Positions 49,774 to 63,590 of a stretch of 64,000 bases of DNA are shown one piece after another. Under the pieces are notes generated by a model. The model saw nothing but the letters and a program-made list of their open reading frames with translations, was not told the DNA's origin and did not search any database. A program made the translations under genes and the position numbers. This stretch comes from the human T2T-CHM13v2.0 reference genome, Homo sapiens: NCBI RefSeq assembly GCF_009914755.1, contig NC_060944.1; one strand, given 5' to 3'. Each line of letters opens with the position of its first letter. Position 1 is the first letter of the stretch.

Positions 49774-50604
49774 GTAAGCAGGCCCAGGGAGGGGACAGAG
49801 GGTCTGCTCTGAGGGTGGCTGGGGGCTCCGAACATGCCGCGATCTTCCAGCAGCTTGGACCACAGCCTAGTACATCACAGATGTTCCTGCAGCCAGTTTG
49901 TAGAAGGCCCTTCCCACATTCCTCATGAGTTGGTTGTGGGGAGAGGCAGGTGGGCTGCAGGGCCTCCTCCTGGGGTTCACTGTCCAGGCCCCCAGCAGCT
50001 CCAGCAAAGCCCAGGCCCAGGCCCTGCTCCCTCTCCCACCTCCTGGGACTGCCCCTCCACAGTGTGGTCTTGCACGTACCCGGGATGCCCGTTAACTAAA
50101 AGCTTTGCAGAAATAAGAAGTGGCTGCTCCTGTTAGAGCGGCTTGACTAGCTGGTCCACTCCGGGCCTCAGTCTGGGGGGCTGGCGGGCAGGTTGCAGCC
50201 TCTCCGTGATCAGTGCGCCTTGGATTCCATTGGATCTCTTAGTCTGGCCCTCATTTTTCAAGCTAACAGAAACTTTCTGTTGTGACTTTTGGCGTATGCT
50301 ACCTGGGAGGAAACGCAGTATTTGTGTTTGGAATTTGCCCCCATTAGACGATAAAGCACAAAGCCTTCTAAATAAAATGCGGTCCCACGGCCAGCTGTTC
50401 AGAGGATCTTGACGCTCTTCCTTGGGTGACGGACCCAGGAGAGTTCATCCTGCAGGAACCCGTGGCCTCAGGCTTTCCAGGAGGGAGGTTAGAGAAAGGG
50501 AAGGAGCCCAGCTGGTTCACCTCCCCTCGGATTAGCAGAAAAGAGGCGAGTCTGAGCAGGGCCTTGTGTGGCTCTGGAGAGAAGCAGTGGGTTAAGGAGA
50601 CATA

Positions 50605-51307
50605 CACCTCGGTTTCCCCCTCATCTGAGGTTTCACTTTCCACAGTTTCAGTTACCAGAGGTCCACCACAGTCTGAATGTATTAAATAGGAAATTCCAGA
50701 AGCAAACAGTTCATAACCTTTAAAGCACGCGCCGTTCTGCACAGTCTGGTGAGATCTTGATCTGTCCTGCCCAGGACTCGGATTCTCCCTTTGTCCAACT
50801 TTGGAAGAAGGCAAGGTCAGAACTTATTCTGCAGGGAGCTTTGGGGATATTGGATACTAAGGCCCAAGCCCTCTGTGATACGCCTTTCGCTTTGGCATAA
50901 AATAACGGTTGACTCTCTGTTAGGCGCGTCTCTGCTCAGGGAGTGGTGGTGTTTGGGGAAGCCCAAAGGCACATGAGCATCAGGAAATTGACCATTTGAC
51001 TTCATAAGACATAACCTTTGTCCAGCGTGTCCAGGCTATTCATGCCACCACCTGTTGATCACTTAGCAGCCGGTGTGGTTCCCACATCCCCCATCACCAT
51101 ATCACAGTGCCATGTTCAAGCCACTCTTATTTACCTAATCATGGCCCCAAAGCACCGGAGCACTCACGCCGCCGTTCAGCTCTGCCAATGGGAAGCCGGA
51201 GGCGCCTCCTTCAGCGAGAAGGTGTAGTTCCTTGGCTGGGCTTAGTACTACCCTTAGACTCACGCGTCCACAGGGGTCTCAGTGTCTGCGGATGAGGGGG
51301 CTGCTGT
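50605..51307. mobile_element. MER44/Tigger7-type DNA transposon with an internal insert
   Basis: ggtttcactttcc..gtttcagttacc, ggaaattccagaa, atggccccaaagc, and terminal gcggatgagggggctgctg resemble recalled MER44 consensus. Confidence 0.75.
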
Positions 51308-51881
51308 ACTTTCCCAGGGAGCCGTCCCCAGACTCTCTCTTTGCTGTGTTGGATGCATCCCTTAGCTGGGAGCAGCAGGCTGAGAGCCCTCCACACGCAG
51401 CCATCCCCTGGGCTCAGCACAGCCAGCGGGAGCCGTATCCAGAGGGTCAGAGTTGGCCTCAGCAGCGCATGCGTCCATGTTAATTGTAGCGGGGGAGCAC
51501 ACGGTGTCTCCTTATAAACACCCTCGCATTCCACTTTGTCCTGCACCGAGTCAAAACAGCCTCACTCCCTGAATGCAGGCTCAGGGCCATCAGCCAGGCT
51601 GACACTCCAGGAGGCACAGTGGGTGTTTCTGGTCCACGCCCAGCGTGGAAATCATAGTGGTGCACATGTACTCTGCGTGGGCATTGCGGCAGCATCCGTG
51701 CTTGGACCTCACCGCCTTTGGGGCCCACGTGGGATTCCTGCCACATCGTCCTCTTGCCCTGCAAAGTCGGTGCAGCCCCTCATTGTTGACAAAGAAACCA
51801 AGACCCTGAAGGTTCAGAACTGCCCATGATGGTGGCACCGGGGCTTGAACCCCGGCTGTGGTGGTGACCGGCGACTGGCTC

Positions 51882-52199
51882 TGTGTGAGGTTCCTGTGGC
51901 CGCCACGACAAAGGACCGCAAGCGGGGTGGCCTGATGTAGCAGAACCAGATTCGCTTGCAGGTGGGGGCAGGGCGGGCTCCTTCCGCCGCTCTGGCTCTC
52001 TGCAGCTGCATGTGGCCTTTCCCTCTGTCCCTGCCTCAAGTCTTCCTCTCCTTTCTCTCATGAGGACACCAGTCATTGGATTTGGGGCCCACCTTAGATC
52101 CAGGATGGTCTCATCTCAAATCCTTAATTACATCTGCAAAGACCCTATTTCCAAAAAAGGTCCCATTCACTGGTGTCTGGCACTGTTCAACCCATGACA
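51882..52199. mobile_element. MLT1C-type MaLR LTR
   Basis: aggacaccagtcattggattt..ggcccacc; ttaattacatctgcaaagaccctatttccaaa. Confidence 0.8.
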
Positions 52200-52442
52200 A
52201 GCCCCTCAGTCCTGTGCCTCTGTTTTTAGTCAAAGGGTGTGTTTCATTCCCTCTAACAATATTGGCGTCTGCTCTACAAACCGGTTATATGGGAAAGATA
52301 CCCTCTCAGAGCAGGATGGGTTTCCGTGGACCTGGTGAGGGTGCTGCAGGCTGGGGCAGGGACAGGACTGGGACAGGCCCACCAGTATCCAAAGGCTCTG
52401 GCCGAGCTCCCCACGAGGTCCAGCGGGCTCCTCTCTCCCCAG

Positions 52443-52586
52443 GTGCTGGGCGTCCTCTTCTTTGCCATAGCCTGCTTCTTATACAAGCCCCTGTCGGAGT
52501 CTTCAGATGGCCTGGAAACTTGTCTGCCCAGCCAGTCCTCAGCCCCTGACAGTGCCACAGATAGCCAGCTCCAGAGCAGCGTCTGA
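52443..52586 (+). CDS. SLCO4A1: SLCO4A1 exon 12 coding part (last TM, C-terminal PDZ-type motif QSSV)
   Basis: ctctctccccAG acceptor; VLGVLFFAIACFLYK...QLQSSV, then TGA at 52584-52586. Confidence 0.97.
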   Translation: MLGVLFFAIACFLYKPLSESSDGLETCLPSQSSAPDSATDSQLQSSV

Positions 52587-52990
52587 CCACTGCCCGCGCC
52601 CACCCGGCCACGGCGGGCACTCAGCATTTCCTGATGACAGAACAGTGCCGTTGGGTGATGCAATCACACGGGAACTTCTATTTGACCTGCAACCTTCTAC
52701 TTAACCTGTGGTTTAAAGTCGGCTGTGACCTCCTGTCCCCAGAGCTGTACGGCCCTGCAGTGGGTGGGAGGAACTTGCATAAATATATATTTATGGACAC
52801 ACAGTTTGCATCAGAACGTGTTTATAGAATGTGTTTTATACCCGATCGTGTGTGGTGTGCGTGAGGACAAACTCCGCAGGGGCTGTGAATCCCACTGGGA
52901 GGGCGGTGGGCCTGCAGCCCGAGGAAGGCTTGTGTGTCCTCAGTTAAAACTGTGCATATCGAAATATATTTTGTTATTTAAGCCTGCGTC
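52587..52990 (+). terminator. SLCO4A1: SLCO4A1 3'UTR with non-canonical poly(A) signal candidates (CATAAA 52778, AATATA 52963)
   Basis: No AATAAA or ATTAAA seen in this interval; variant hexamer at 52963 followed by a U/GU-rich tract (~53001-53015). Confidence 0.55.
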
Positions 52991-53060
52991 CCCGTACCGC
53001 GTGCTTTATTTCTATGAGTTTGCAGAGTTTGGTGGTCTCGCCATCCTTGGCCCACGTCCT

Positions 53061-53236
53061 GTAGTCAGCCCTGTGGAATCCGTGGATATGAAAAGTTGGC
53101 CTTCCTTATCCACAGGCTCCCCCGTAAGTCGGCCTTCCTTATCCACAGGCTCCCCTGCTGAGGATTCATCCCACCTTGGATGGAAAATGCAGTTTTTGTG
53201 GGAGATGGAACTGGAGGGTACGGAGGGCTGACTGCA
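53061..53236. mobile_element. Tigger-derived MITE relic (MER2/MER8/Tigger3-like)
   Basis: TIR-like ends agtcagccct...tacggagggctgactg; internal duplication of ggccttccttatccacaggctcccc. Confidence 0.55.
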
Positions 53237-54329
53237 CATACAAATATACATACATGAGTGTACATATGTTCTTATATAAACGTGTCACAGTAAAATTGTT
53301 CCTCATCTTGCGTTACATTTCCCTCGTTATTCATGGGGTGAACAGCTGGTATCAACTGCCTTGCGTCCCCCAGAGCCATATGTTGAAGCCCCGGCCCCAG
53401 GATGGCTGTGTTTGGAGGCAGGGCCTTTAGGAGATGATTATGTGCGGGGTCATAAGGGTGGGTGCAGGTCCCACAGGACTGGTGTCCTTAAGAGACCTCT
53501 GCCATCCGGAGCTCCTTATGGCCAAACCCTTCCCACTCGCTGAGCCCTGCAGCCCCAGGGCCTCTCTGAGGACTTAGTTTCAGGTGGGTCAGATCAGAAC
53601 CCCCGGGTGGTCCCCAGCACTGAGGATGGACGCCACCCTCGCCCTCCGGTGCTCACAGTCTGCAGCGCCTGCCAGGAGTTCTCAAAACCCAATGCGTCGG
53701 TCAAGATCCCCCCCAAATTAGGGTACAATCCGGTGCTGGTGACATTTTGATTTGCTAAGTAAGGAGATAAAACACAGCCATAAGGAGAGGGGACCTGGGC
53801 TCACCAGGACGCTTGTGTGGAGCTCACTGCTGTGACTGCTGGGCCAGGGAGGGGCATGGGGGGGGCACAGAGGGCCAAGTTGGGAAATGATGGGGAGCAG
53901 GGGGTGCAGGGAGAAACTTCCCGAGGGAGGTGACAGAAGGGAGTGCAGGAACAGACCCTAGAGGGAGTACAGGGGCTCTGGGGAGCCAGGGAAGTGGATC
54001 GCCACTCAGAAGGGAGTGGGGAGGACGAGGAACCTCACCAGGTCCCACCTTTGCCATGTTCATCAGGAGTCCGGTTCATCAGGAGTCATCAGAGGTGGGT
54101 GGAGCTAGGGTCAGGATGAGGCTCGGGCATGCTGGGCAGTGCCGGCTTCCAGTGACCTGCCTCCTCCGGGTGTCACTGGGACACACTTCCAACAAGCAGG
54201 ACTTAGCACAGGGCAGATGCCACATCCCTGACCGGGTTATTAGAGACCACGACACTGCCCAGCCCACCTTCTGACCAGGTTATAAGAGACCACGACACTG
54301 CCCAGCCCACCTTCTCGCCACTCTTCTCA

Positions 54330-54620
54330 AGGGCTGCCCTGGCGGGAACCCCGCATGGCCAGGAACTGGCCTCTGCCTACGGTCGGCAAGAAACCGGATG
54401 CTCAGCCCCGGCCTTCAAGGACTGGAATCCTGCCAAGGGCCACGTGAGCCAACCAAGAGGGGACGACACCCTGTAGCACCTGGACTGCAGACACGTCAGA
54501 GACCCAGCTCCGTGGTGCCTGAATTCTGGACCCACAAAGGGTTTGACATAGTCAACGTGTGCTGTGAAAAGTCACTAAATTCTGGGGCAGTTTGTTCTGC
54601 AGCCATAGCTAACCAACACA
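54330..54620. mobile_element. MLT1E/F-type LTR 3' part
   Basis: gaattctggacccaca; aagtcactaaattctggggcagtttgtt..gcagccatagctaaccaacaca. Confidence 0.65.
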
Positions 54621-55344
54621 TTGGGCAACAGCACAAAACAAGGGCCAGTCCTTTGCCGCTCACCTGTTCTCCATGGGCATGGACCTCACCCCCCAGGCTC
54701 GTCTATGGCAGTGGCTGGCACTTGGCCACTGGGCTGGGGCAGGAGGGAATCAGGGTGGAAGGCGCCAGCCATCTCCTCCTAGAGTCCCACGAGACCATTT
54801 CGGCGGATGCCTGCCCTCAAGCCCTCTGCTCAGAGCTACGTCCCGTGGTCCCAGTGAGTGGTGGGCGAGGCAGGAACCAGCCGTGCTCCCAGCTGAAGGA
54901 GGTGTTCTGGTACCGGAGTGTGGGTGTTGGGGCACAGCTGGCCGCACCTGTCAGAGGCGTGTGGCACTGAGCATCCGTGTGGAGGTGTCCATGGGGCCCT
55001 CGGGGAGACTCATGGGAGCTGTCAGCCTGCGGGCTGAGCTGAGATTGGTCAGGGGAGCTCATCCGGGAAGGCTGGGCAGATCCAAATGGAACCCGGGGAC
55101 CTCAGGACTGAGCAGGTGGAAGAGGCTGCGTCCTCACATCAGGGAAAGGGGGGAAGAGCCCAGGGACACTGGGTGGAGAAGGGATGAGAGGGAGGCGGCA
55201 CACGCGGTCTGGCCACCAAGGGTGGTGCACCCTCTCTGCTGCCAGTGGTCGAGATGGTCTCTGACTCACAGATGACGATTCCAAGGGTCTGAGCGGCCCT
55301 GTGTGTTCCCCGATGTCTCACAGTGACAAATGGGCAGAGGCAGG

Positions 55345-55690
55345 GGCTGTGGACTGACAGCATCCCCCAGTTCGTAGGTCGAAGCCCCAGCACCCAGTGT
55401 GATGGTGTTAAGAGCTGGGACCTCAGGGAGGTGACTAGGGTGAGATGAGGGGGTGAGGGTGGCCCCCCGATGGGATTCGTAGCCCTGTAACAGAGGAAGA
55501 GACCAAGCTCCTCTCTCCTCTATGTGCTGACACGACTAGAAGACAGCCGTCTGCAGACCAAGGAAAGGACCCTCCCTGGGAGCCCAGCCTTGCTCGTGGG
55601 CTTCGGGACTCCAGAATGTGGGTAAGGCACGTCCGTTGTTTGAGCCGCCAAGCTATGGTTCTGTGATGGCCGCCGAGCTGACGGAGGCTA
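55345..55690. mobile_element. MLT1A/MST-type LTR
   Basis: gtgtgatggtgtta..gggaggtgactagg; gatgggatt; tttgagccgccaagctatgg. Confidence 0.6.
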
Positions 55691-56826
55691 TAGAGTTTCG
55701 ACTCCGGTCTGGGGGCTCCAAGGACTGTCCCGCTCCATGCCCTGCCCCCACCCTGGATGCCAGGAAGGAAGAGAAACGCCCCGAGCTGCAGAGAGGACAG
55801 AGAGAGGGAAGGAAGAGGACCAGCATGTTCGCACAGGGCACACAGTGGAGGCTCCCGCCCAGGATGGAGGGCAGGTATTCCAGGGAGCGGCCCCCAAAGC
55901 GACTGGGTGTATGCTGGGCTGCTCATCGGCATTGCAAGGCATCCATCTCCCTGCCGGCAGTGAGACTTCGCGGTGCGTGATGGATGAGGCCACCAAGCCC
56001 AGATTCCCTTCCCAGGTCCAGGAGGGCCCCTCCAGTGGGCAGCCCGGGCTGCCGGCCACCCACGCGGGCTCTGCCACCCCTCAGGCAGCTCCCAAGAGCT
56101 GCGGGGTCTCTGCAGCTCTTGAGCTCTGCTGCCCTCGCCTCGATCTAAGCTCCCCTTGCCTTCCCCATTGACAATCCGCCTGGCTCTGACTCAGGCCCAG
56201 GGAGGAGACAGGAGCAGATGGCTGACAGGGACAGTTGGGACACAGGGGCAGAGAGGAAGCAGTCTGGTTGCAGCCTGGTCCCGGCCCCAGCCCCCCAGGC
56301 CTGATGACCCAGCCTCTGTGTGACTCAGTGCAGGGAGCGTGTGGCTCCTGGCCCTGCCACAGAGGCCAGAAGGCATCTGCAGATGCCCACACAGGCCCCC
56401 CGCTTCTCCGGGATCACGGGCGCACCCAGCCTGGTGGGCACATGGGCCCTGGATACGCCCTCGGCTGCATGCTGGCCTGGGTCCTGGATGCCTCCCACAG
56501 CCAGCCCCTGTCCTCCCACGTCCTGGGAGGAGCCCCTGGGATTAGCCAGGAAGGTGCCGGCCACAGGGCCCGGCTGCCTGTGGGGAGGAGAAAGACATGC
56601 ATCCTGGGAGAGGGAGAGGCAGGCAGGAGTCTTCCAAGCCCACTTGGTTTTCCCTCGAGAGATTTTCCACGGCTGCTGGGATGAGGGCTGCGGGGGCCTC
56701 CTGTGTGCTGTGCACTAAATGTTCTTCAAGAGTCAGACGCCAGGAGCAGCTGGAAACGTCAAATTTTCTGGTTGTTGGACCAGTTCCTCTTATTCTTCTG
56801 TGCATTTAAAAATTATCACTGAATTC

Positions 56827-58010
<1,184 letters not shown>

Positions 58011-59226
58011 AATACATCCATCCATGCATTCATCGCTGACTGCCTGCCCTGTGCTTTCACTCCTGTAGACCATGGAGATCTGTTGGGGGATCTGTGTCTG
58101 TTCCATAACTTTCTGGTGTCTGTTCCATAACTGCAACTCTGCCAGGAGAGCATGTGTGGGCCCCATGTTCAGATGTACCACAATCTCCCTCCCTGCTCAC
58201 TTCCTTAGGGTGGCAGGAGGCAGGAAGGGGGCTTGAGACCTACACTCCAACCCCACTGAGCAGAGGATGGCAGGAGGCAGGAAGGGGGCGTAGAGACCTG
58301 CACTCCAACCCCACTGAGGCAGATATTTTCCAACAACGGCCACAATATGTCCCATTTCCTCTGCTGGAGGTGGGGTCTGTGCACCCTCTTTTTGAGCCTG
58401 GCAGGCGATTGGGAGTGCCTCGTGGCAGAGGTGACACAGCTTCTACTGGCAGTGCCTTCTGGGAACGCTCAACTTGGGAACCCAGCGCCACGCTGTGAGC
58501 AAGCCCAGGTCATGGGAGCCCCCGCTCTGGCACCAGCTGTCAGCCAGGCCGAGTCCGCCGTGATGGGGGTGCCGTCTTGGGTGCTCCAGTCCCCAGCTGG
58601 GCTCTCTGTCCCCACTTCCCCTTAGGGGAGGGAATCAGCCCTTCCCACCTAGCCACACCTGCAGATTTGGGAAGGAAAGAAGTAAGGATGCTGTTTTCAG
58701 CCTGAGGGCCTCTGCTGTCAGTAAAGGCTTGAAAGAAAGTGAGGCAAAGGTTGATGGAAGCTGGAGGAAGGGAAAACCTCAGAAGACAGGAACAGTAGGT
58801 TATGCAGCGCTGTGGCCTGCAGGGACACAGAGGCAGAAAACGTGCAGATGCCCTGGGCGAGCGGCGACTCCAGGCAGAAACGCCAGCAGGCTTTATTGCA
58901 GCTGTGCATAAGAAGGAGAAGAGAGGGTTTTGTTTAACTTCAGTTTTCAAGCAAAATTTAGATAAAATTAAAGAAGTCAGGACTTAACAGAATTTAAAAG
59001 AAAGCTGTTGACAATGCCAAGTGCTGATGAGGACTCTGGTGGCTGGAACACTCACCCGTCGCCGGTAGACGTGGAGAGCAATACGGCCGCTCGGGAACCC
59101 AGCTCGACAGTTTACTATAAAGTTAGACCTGAACCTTCTTATAACACAGAAATTCCACTCCTAGAGAAAGGCAAAATTATGTTCACACAAAATCTTGTAC
59201 ACAAATGTTTCTTACAGCGCTATTCT

Positions 59227-59333
59227 TTTTTTTTTTTTTTTTGAGACCGGGTGTTGCTCTGTCACCCAGGCTAGAGTGCAGTGGTGCAATCTCAGCTCAC
59301 TGCAGCCTCTTACTCCCGGGTTCAAGCGAATTT
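59227..59333 (-). mobile_element. Truncated Alu fragment within an old L1 relic (~59000-60055)
   Basis: Poly-T followed by gagacc..ctctgtcacccaggct..gggttcaagcga. Confidence 0.8.
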
Positions 59334-59523
59334 TCACAATCATCAACAAAATTGGAAACCACCCAAATGTCCTCTAGGAAGTGAAAGGATAAATAGTCGT
59401 ACAGCCACACGATAGACTCAGCCGTGAGAGGGGGGCACTGTTAATATGCAACAGGGACGAACCTGGGAGGCACCACGCTGAGCAAAAGAACCAGACCCCA
59501 GAGGTTAGTAGTGTGTGGTTTCA

Positions 59524-59949
<426 letters not shown>

Positions 59950-60058
59950 CTATCTGTGTCCTGATGGTGGACGTGGTTCTGGGTCATGAAGCTATCTGTG
60001 TCCTGACGGTGGACGTGGTTCCACAAATCCATACATGTGTCAAAACTCATCAAATTCC

Positions 60059-60398
<340 letters not shown>

Positions 60399-60809
60399 TA
60401 AAAAATAAAATCAAAAACACTGTTTCTCATTCCAAGATTCTCCAGGTGGTAAAGGATTCTTAAATTAATGAAAGGACGTCAGGCCCAGGCCACAGCAGCA
60501 GCAGAGAGTCTAAGGAGGGAGTCAAGGATGTGGCTCAAAACTCCTCTGTTAAAACGTCAGAAAAGTTTCAGGTGATTATTCATAGACTCTCTCGAATAAA
60601 GGAAAGGTCTGCAGTGGATCTTGAGGGTATACCTTAAAGACCCTCTACACGAAACAGAGAGTTTCTAAGAATCTTTGGGGAGTTGTTCCAGGGCTACCCC
60701 CAGGAATCCCCCAGGAGAGGAGAGCTCGTCTTGACAAGATTTCTAGATCGAGATTTGGGCTGATGGGGTGAACCCAAGGAAGAGCCATAGGACCCACAGT
60801 GTTTTTATA

Positions 60810-62600
60810 ATGATCGAGTTCAACGTTCGTAGAAACTGCTGCTGTATTTGAAATTTCATTTCCCAGTGCCCTCTGCTGGTGTATAGAGATGACGGTTGAG
60901 TCCCGTGTGCTGACCCTGTGTCATGAAACCTGCTAGGCCCACTTTTGTGCAGATGCCATGGGATTTCTACATAAACAGCCATGTCATCTGTGAAGAGGGA
61001 GAGTTTTAATTTCTTCTTCCTCTCCGACCTATATTCCTTTCATTTCTTTTTCTTGCCTTATTGCACTGGCTGGAACCTCCAGTACAATGTCAAATGGGAA
61101 CGGTGAGAGAAGGCATCCTTTACCTGTTCCTCGCCTTAGGAGAAAACAGTCCACCTCTCAATGCCTCTCAATGTGAAGTGTGACGTTAGCTGCATGTATT
61201 TTTTTAATAGAAGCCCTTTATCTGTTAAAGAGGTTCCCCTTCTATTTCTAGTTTGCTGATGGTTTTTTTTTTTTTTTAACCATAAATGGGTGTTGAGCTT
61301 TGATGGCCGTTTCTGAGTCTGTTGACACAATCCTACAGTAGATCTTCAGTGTTGATGTGGTAGATTGCGCTGGTCGCTTTCAGAATGTTAAGCCTGCCCC
61401 CCACCCCCTGGGATACACTTGATCATGGGCTATGCTTTCAAATGTTGCTGGATTCAATTTGCTGGTGTTGAGTTAAGGGTTTTTGTGTCTACGTTCATGA
61501 AAGATATTGGTCTCTAGTTTTATTTTCTTGTACTGTCTTTATCTGGTTCTGGTATATGGGTAATGCTGGCTTCATAAAATAACTTGGGAAATGTCTCATC
61601 CTCTTTGTGTTTTTCCAGACAGGGTCTCACTCTGTCACCTGGGCTGGATCACGGTGGCATGAACACGCCTCACTGTAGGCTCAACCTCCCCAGGCTCAGG
61701 GCTCAGCTGATCCTCCCATTTCAGCATCCTGAGTAGCTGGGACTATAGGCACAAGTCACCACGCCCAGATAATTTGTGTAAATTTTGTTGCCCAGGCTGG
61801 TCTGTAACTCCTGGGCTCAACTGATCCCTTGGCCTCCCAAAGTGCTGGGATTACAGGCATGAGCCACCCTTCCTGGCCTTCTTTTCTTTAAGTTGAAATA
61901 ATGTTAGACTTCTATGCACCTGTAAGAAATAAACAATACAAAGAGATCCCTTGCACACTTTGCCCAGTCTCCCCCAATGGTAACATTCTACAAAACTGTA
62001 CTTTGATATCACAAACAGCCAGCCTATCAACCTTATTCTGATTCCGTGGTTCTGCTTATACTCACTCGTGTGCGTGTGTATTAAGCCGTGTCACTTGTGT
62101 GCGTGTTTATTAAGCCTTGTGTACACACTCGTGTGTGTGTATTAAGCCGTGTGTACACACTCGTGTGTGTGTGTTAAGCTGTGTGTACACACTCATGTGT
62201 GCGCGTGTTTTTAAGCCGTGTGTACACACTCGTGTGTGTGTATTAAGCCGTGTGTACACACTCGTGTGTGTGTGTGTTAATCCGTGTGATGTTTTATCTT
62301 CTGTGCAGGTTCTTGTATTGACTGTGCTCGAATATCCATGTACGGGCTTTGTGTGAACAAGAGCTTATCTCTCTGGGTAAAATCACCAGGTTGTGTGGTA
62401 GTTGCAGTGCCCCCATCCCTTTGTATATTTGTTAGAAGAGATTGCATAAATTGATGTTACTTAGAATTCACCAGTGAAGACATCTAGGCCCGGAGATTTC
62501 TTTTTCAGAAGGTCTCACTGAAAAAAAAATCCGTTTCTTTAATAAATACAGGACTATTCACTTTATCTGTTGCTTCTTGGGTGAGTTTTGGTAGTTTGCA
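60810..62600 (-). mobile_element. Old L1M ORF2 relic with a nested AluJ (~61605-61878) and a VNTR
   Basis: catgtcatctg, ttcttgccttattgcactggct, gctggattcaatttgct, aatgctggcttcataaaat, gaattcaccagtgaa. Confidence 0.8.
62065..62288. repeat. ~32-bp VNTR, ~7 copies (ttaagccgtgtgtacacactcgtgtgtgtgta)
   Basis: ttaa(g) at 62081, 62110, 62142, 62174, 62211, 62243, 62277. Confidence 0.9.
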
Positions 62601-62679
62601 AAAACTTTTCAGCTACAAGGATGAACTAATTTTATGGAAAAGGGAGGTTGACCCAGAGGATGGAACTGAGAGCTCAGAC

Positions 62680-63110
62680 AGCAGGGCGGCCCTGGAGAGC
62701 CATCCCCTGAGCTAGGACTGAGCCCTCAGCCGGGCCCCGTAACTTCACTCACCCAGATTTCAGGACCGCATGCCCGGGAGACTGCTGCGTGCCTCTCCCT
62801 CCCTGCTCTTTGAAAGGGGAGCCGACGGTGTGGTCTGTCTGTCCCACTACCGGTGTTAGCTTGTCAGGGGCAGATAACTCTTCAGTTCACAGCTCTTCAG
62901 ATGGAGAAGGGGGTGCACCTGGGAGCCGTACGCCTGCAGCACCTTGTCCACACCTGGACCTGGCTTGCGGGACAAGACTCTGGGCTTGAGTCAGAGTTTG
63001 ATGTCACCATGGAAAGAGACCATAGGGGAGCCAGGGCAGAAGGTGAATTTATTTTGCATGAGGGAGAATTGTGAATTGCCGGGGCCACAGAGTCGACTAT
63101 GGCAGATGGC
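62680..63110 (+). mobile_element. MaLR internal (MLT1-int) 3' end
   Basis: ggggcagataact..ttagttcacag-like, cacctggacctg, and tattttgcatg..ggggcca leading into an LTR-start-like tggcagatggc. Confidence 0.55.
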
Positions 63111-63346
63111 ACTTTCCCCAAATGCCCATGCATTTGGACACATGAGTGTGGAGACCACAGAGGGGACAGATGAGCGTGGTGACCGCTGAGGGGACAGATG
63201 AGCATGGAGACCACGGAGGGGACTGAGGCTCTCCACTCAGGGGGATAGTGGGACATTCCATGAGTCTGCAGAAATCTGGGGCACCTGCCAAAGTCCAGGC
63301 ATCATCCCATCAGATAGCAGCATGTGTGTGCATGTGACCATGTGAC

Positions 63347-63370
63347 CACACACACACACACACACACACA
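63347..63370. repeat. (CA)n microsatellite
   Basis: Direct inspection. Confidence 0.95.
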
Positions 63371-63419
63371 GTTGTCATGCAGTGTCCCGGTGAATGGGGG
63401 CTCCTAGCCCATCCTGAAG

Positions 63420-63590
63420 TGGGGGTCGAATCCTGGCTGTGCCACTTCCAAGTCGTCTGAACTTGTGTGGATCATGTCACCCCCGACTTAGTGTCCCCAT
63501 CTGTGAATGGGGCCCATACAGGGACCCCCATCATAGGGCATGGCGAGGGTTAACCGCTGCACCTGTGCAGAGCTCTGGGGACACAGCTGG
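63420..63590 (+). mobile_element. MIR (degenerate)
   Basis: gggtcgaatcctggctgtgccactt; agtgtccccatctgtgaatgggg. Confidence 0.65.

Larger units (their letters stand above)
23165..52990 (+). other. SLCO4A1: SLCO4A1 gene span (12 exons; TSS and 3' end approximate)
   Basis: Coding exon lengths 796+91+122+112+155+196+166+173+65+149+144 = 2169 nt (722 aa + stop). All introns are GT-AG with matching phases. Protein runs [10 protein letters not shown]...QLQSSV. Confidence 0.97.
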
